From Pseudonocardia sp. (GTDB lineage Bacteria; Actinomycetota; Actinomycetes; Mycobacteriales; Pseudonocardiaceae): a stretch of 49,751 bases of DNA. The stretch covers positions 1 to 49,751 of the forward strand of contig JAODNO010000626.1 in NCBI GenBank assembly GCA_025465235.1. The letters run 5' to 3'. This document shows, one piece after another, positions 48,170 to 49,751 of this stretch. Made by a program: the position numbers and the translations under genes. The notes under the pieces are model-generated. The model was not told the origin of the DNA. It did no database searches and worked only from the letters and a program-made list of their open reading frames with translations. The first letter of the stretch is position 1. Every line of letters begins with the position of its first letter.

Positions 48170-48802
48170 TCAGGGCCGCGCCGGCCGTGCGAAAAGCTGG
48201 TGGACCGCCTGCGGCGGGGGCCTGTCGGCCCTTAGCCCTGTGTCAACCTTGTGTCTTGAGAGAACGTCGTGGACGAACTGTCGCTTGCCGGCGGCGTAGG
48301 CCTCACGGTCGTCATAGTGATCGTGGGCAAGTCGGATCTTGAGCTGGCTATAGGCGTAGACCAGGGCGGTATCGGCGCGGAGCGCGTCGCGGAAGGCCAG
48401 TTGCTGGTGCCAGCGGCTGCAGCCGGTCGTAATCAGGTGCAGGTGCGCGACGCGGTGGTCGTCGAGAACCTTGACGAAGAACCGACGGTAGGGACGTTGA
48501 TCGAGCTCAGGAGGCACGTAGTGCCACTGGTGCGGGGCGATGACCTGGGCGATCGCGTCGGCGATGCCGAGGTCGTCGACCGGGGCCTGTAGATCGATGA
48601 TCGGTTTCGCGGCGAGGCCGGGGACGGCGGTGGAGCCGACGTGCTCGATATCCCCGGTGAGCCACGTCTGCACGAGCGCCTGGAGCAGGTCGCGCTCGAG
48701 GATGCCGTGCCCGGCCCAGGCCGGGTCGTGGTCAACGACGACGACGGGCTCGGTAGCCCAGTCGGGCCACGACTCGCTGTCCTCGCTGCCCGGCCGGTCC
48801 AC
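48170..48802 (-). CDS. GrpB (UPF0157) nucleotidyltransferase-fold protein
   Basis: VVDHDPAW, IEHVGSTAVPGLAAKPIIDL, HLHL, LAFRDALR, YSQLK, YAAGK. Confidence 0.92.
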   Translation of the reverse strand: MDRPGSEDSESWPDWATEPVVVVDHDPAWAGHGILERDLLQALVQTWLTGDIEHVGSTAVPGLAAKPIIDLQAPVDDLGIADAIAQVIAPHQWHYVPPELDQRPYRRFFVKVLDDHRVAHLHLITTGCSRWHQQLAFRDALRADTALVYAYSQLKIRLAHDHYDDREAYAAGKRQFVHDVLSRHKVDTGLRADRPPPQAVHQLFARPARP

Positions 48803-48863
48803 GAGACCGAACCTAGGTCATCCGGGCCGGCAGGTGTGTAGATCGCCGCGGAGACGCGGGCGG

Positions 48864-49016
48864 GTGGGTCTCTCCTCGCGTCAGCGCTGTGACGGTGCCC
48901 GGGAACCCGGCGTCGCTCCAGGCCCTGCGGCCGCTGCGCGGTCGCCTTCGGCGAGCCTGGACCACCGCCGGAACCCCGAGTAGGGATCCGTCGCGCTGAC
49001 GCGAGGAGAGACCCAC
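48864..49016. repeat. Perfect 24-bp inverted repeat enclosing a 105-bp spacer
   Basis: GTGGGTCTCTCCTCGCGTCAGCGC (48864-48887) and its exact reverse complement (48993-49016). Confidence 0.9.
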
Positions 49017-49129
49017 TTGATCACCGGGTCACCGTTCTGCCCTCCGTTGAGTTCACGGCATCGGCCCTGGGGGCCGACTCCCTCCGGGGGCCGGGCGTTG
49101 CCTGGGCCCGGCCTCGCTCGGAGAGGAGG

Positions 49130-49751
49130 TCAGGCCGCGGCCACCTCGGGCAGGGTGACGGCTTGGTCGAGGACGGTCTGGAGTGCGCGGTGGTGGGCGG
49201 GGTCGTAGGGCTGGTGGTCCTGCCAGCACCGCCAGATCACGTGTAGCCATGCCCGGGCCACGATCCGCACCGCGTGGGGGTGGCGGTGCCCGCGGTCGCG
49301 GGCGTGCTGGTAGAGCTGCGCGGCCCAGGGGTTGGCGTGGCGGGAGTCGGCGGCGAAGTCGCAGACTGCGTCGCGGAGCTGTTTGTCAGCTGACCAGCGG
49401 AACGTGGTGGTCTTCGTCTTCCCCGACTGCCGCGTCGAGGGCGTCACCCCGGCGAGCGAGGCGAGGGACTCGGGGGTGGGGAACCGGGCGCGGCAGTCCC
49501 CGATCTCGGCCAGCAGCCGGGCAGCGCGCAGCGCCTGGGCGCGCGGGAGGGACAGGAAGATGTGCGCGTCGGCGTGCTCGCTCAGCAGCGCAGCGATGTG
49601 CGCGTCCAGTGCGTGGATCTGGGCGACGATCGCAGTCAACGCGGCCACGAACGCCTTGGTGACCACGGCGGCCGCGGCGCCGGCGGGGCCGGTCGCGCCC
49701 GGGGCGGCTGCGCGCAGGTGGGCGTGCAGCGCGGCGGGGTCCTTGCGGCCG
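49130..49751 (-). mobile_element. IS110-family transposase/recombinase (5'-partial)
   Basis: LSLP..AARLLAEIGD..RF..LASLAGVTPSTRQSGK (catalytic Ser loop), HAVRIVARAWLHVIWRCW..YDP. Confidence 0.93.

Noticed and set aside
1-49751. CRISPR arrays, tRNA, rRNA, prophage
   Set aside because: No spaced repeats, cloverleaf/rRNA signatures or phage genes recognised by eye; small RNAs could be missed

Overview
High-GC actinobacterial DNA; the gene content looks Pseudonocardiaceae-like, which is an inference. The window is an accessory mosaic of intact regulators, transporters and oxidoreductases, about a dozen decayed pseudogenes, IS1380 and IS110 sequences, and a scattered polyhydroxyalkanoate set (PHB-depolymerase-family esterase with a CopG regulator, candidate phasin, phaC, two USPs). 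The main result is a co-oriented minus-strand cluster at 24686-32752. In transcription order it encodes a PL7 alginate lyase, a short (310 aa) nucleotide-sugar 6-dehydrogenase, a processive GT2 synthase, a membrane-anchored beta-helix paralog, a PL14 lyase lipoprotein and an AlgG-like C5-epimerase lipoprotein with YGIDPH. Together these look like a minimal alginate-like (polyuronate) synthesis, epimerisation and trimming system in a Gram-positive bacterium. Other notable signals: a four-box symmetric CopG/RHH operator, an IS110 element that may carry a GrpB cargo gene and a structured 3' region with a perfect 24-bp inverted repeat, and repeated internal deletions in pseudogenes. No rRNA, tRNA or CRISPR array was recognised. 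Family calls come from recognising motifs by eye, not from database searches.
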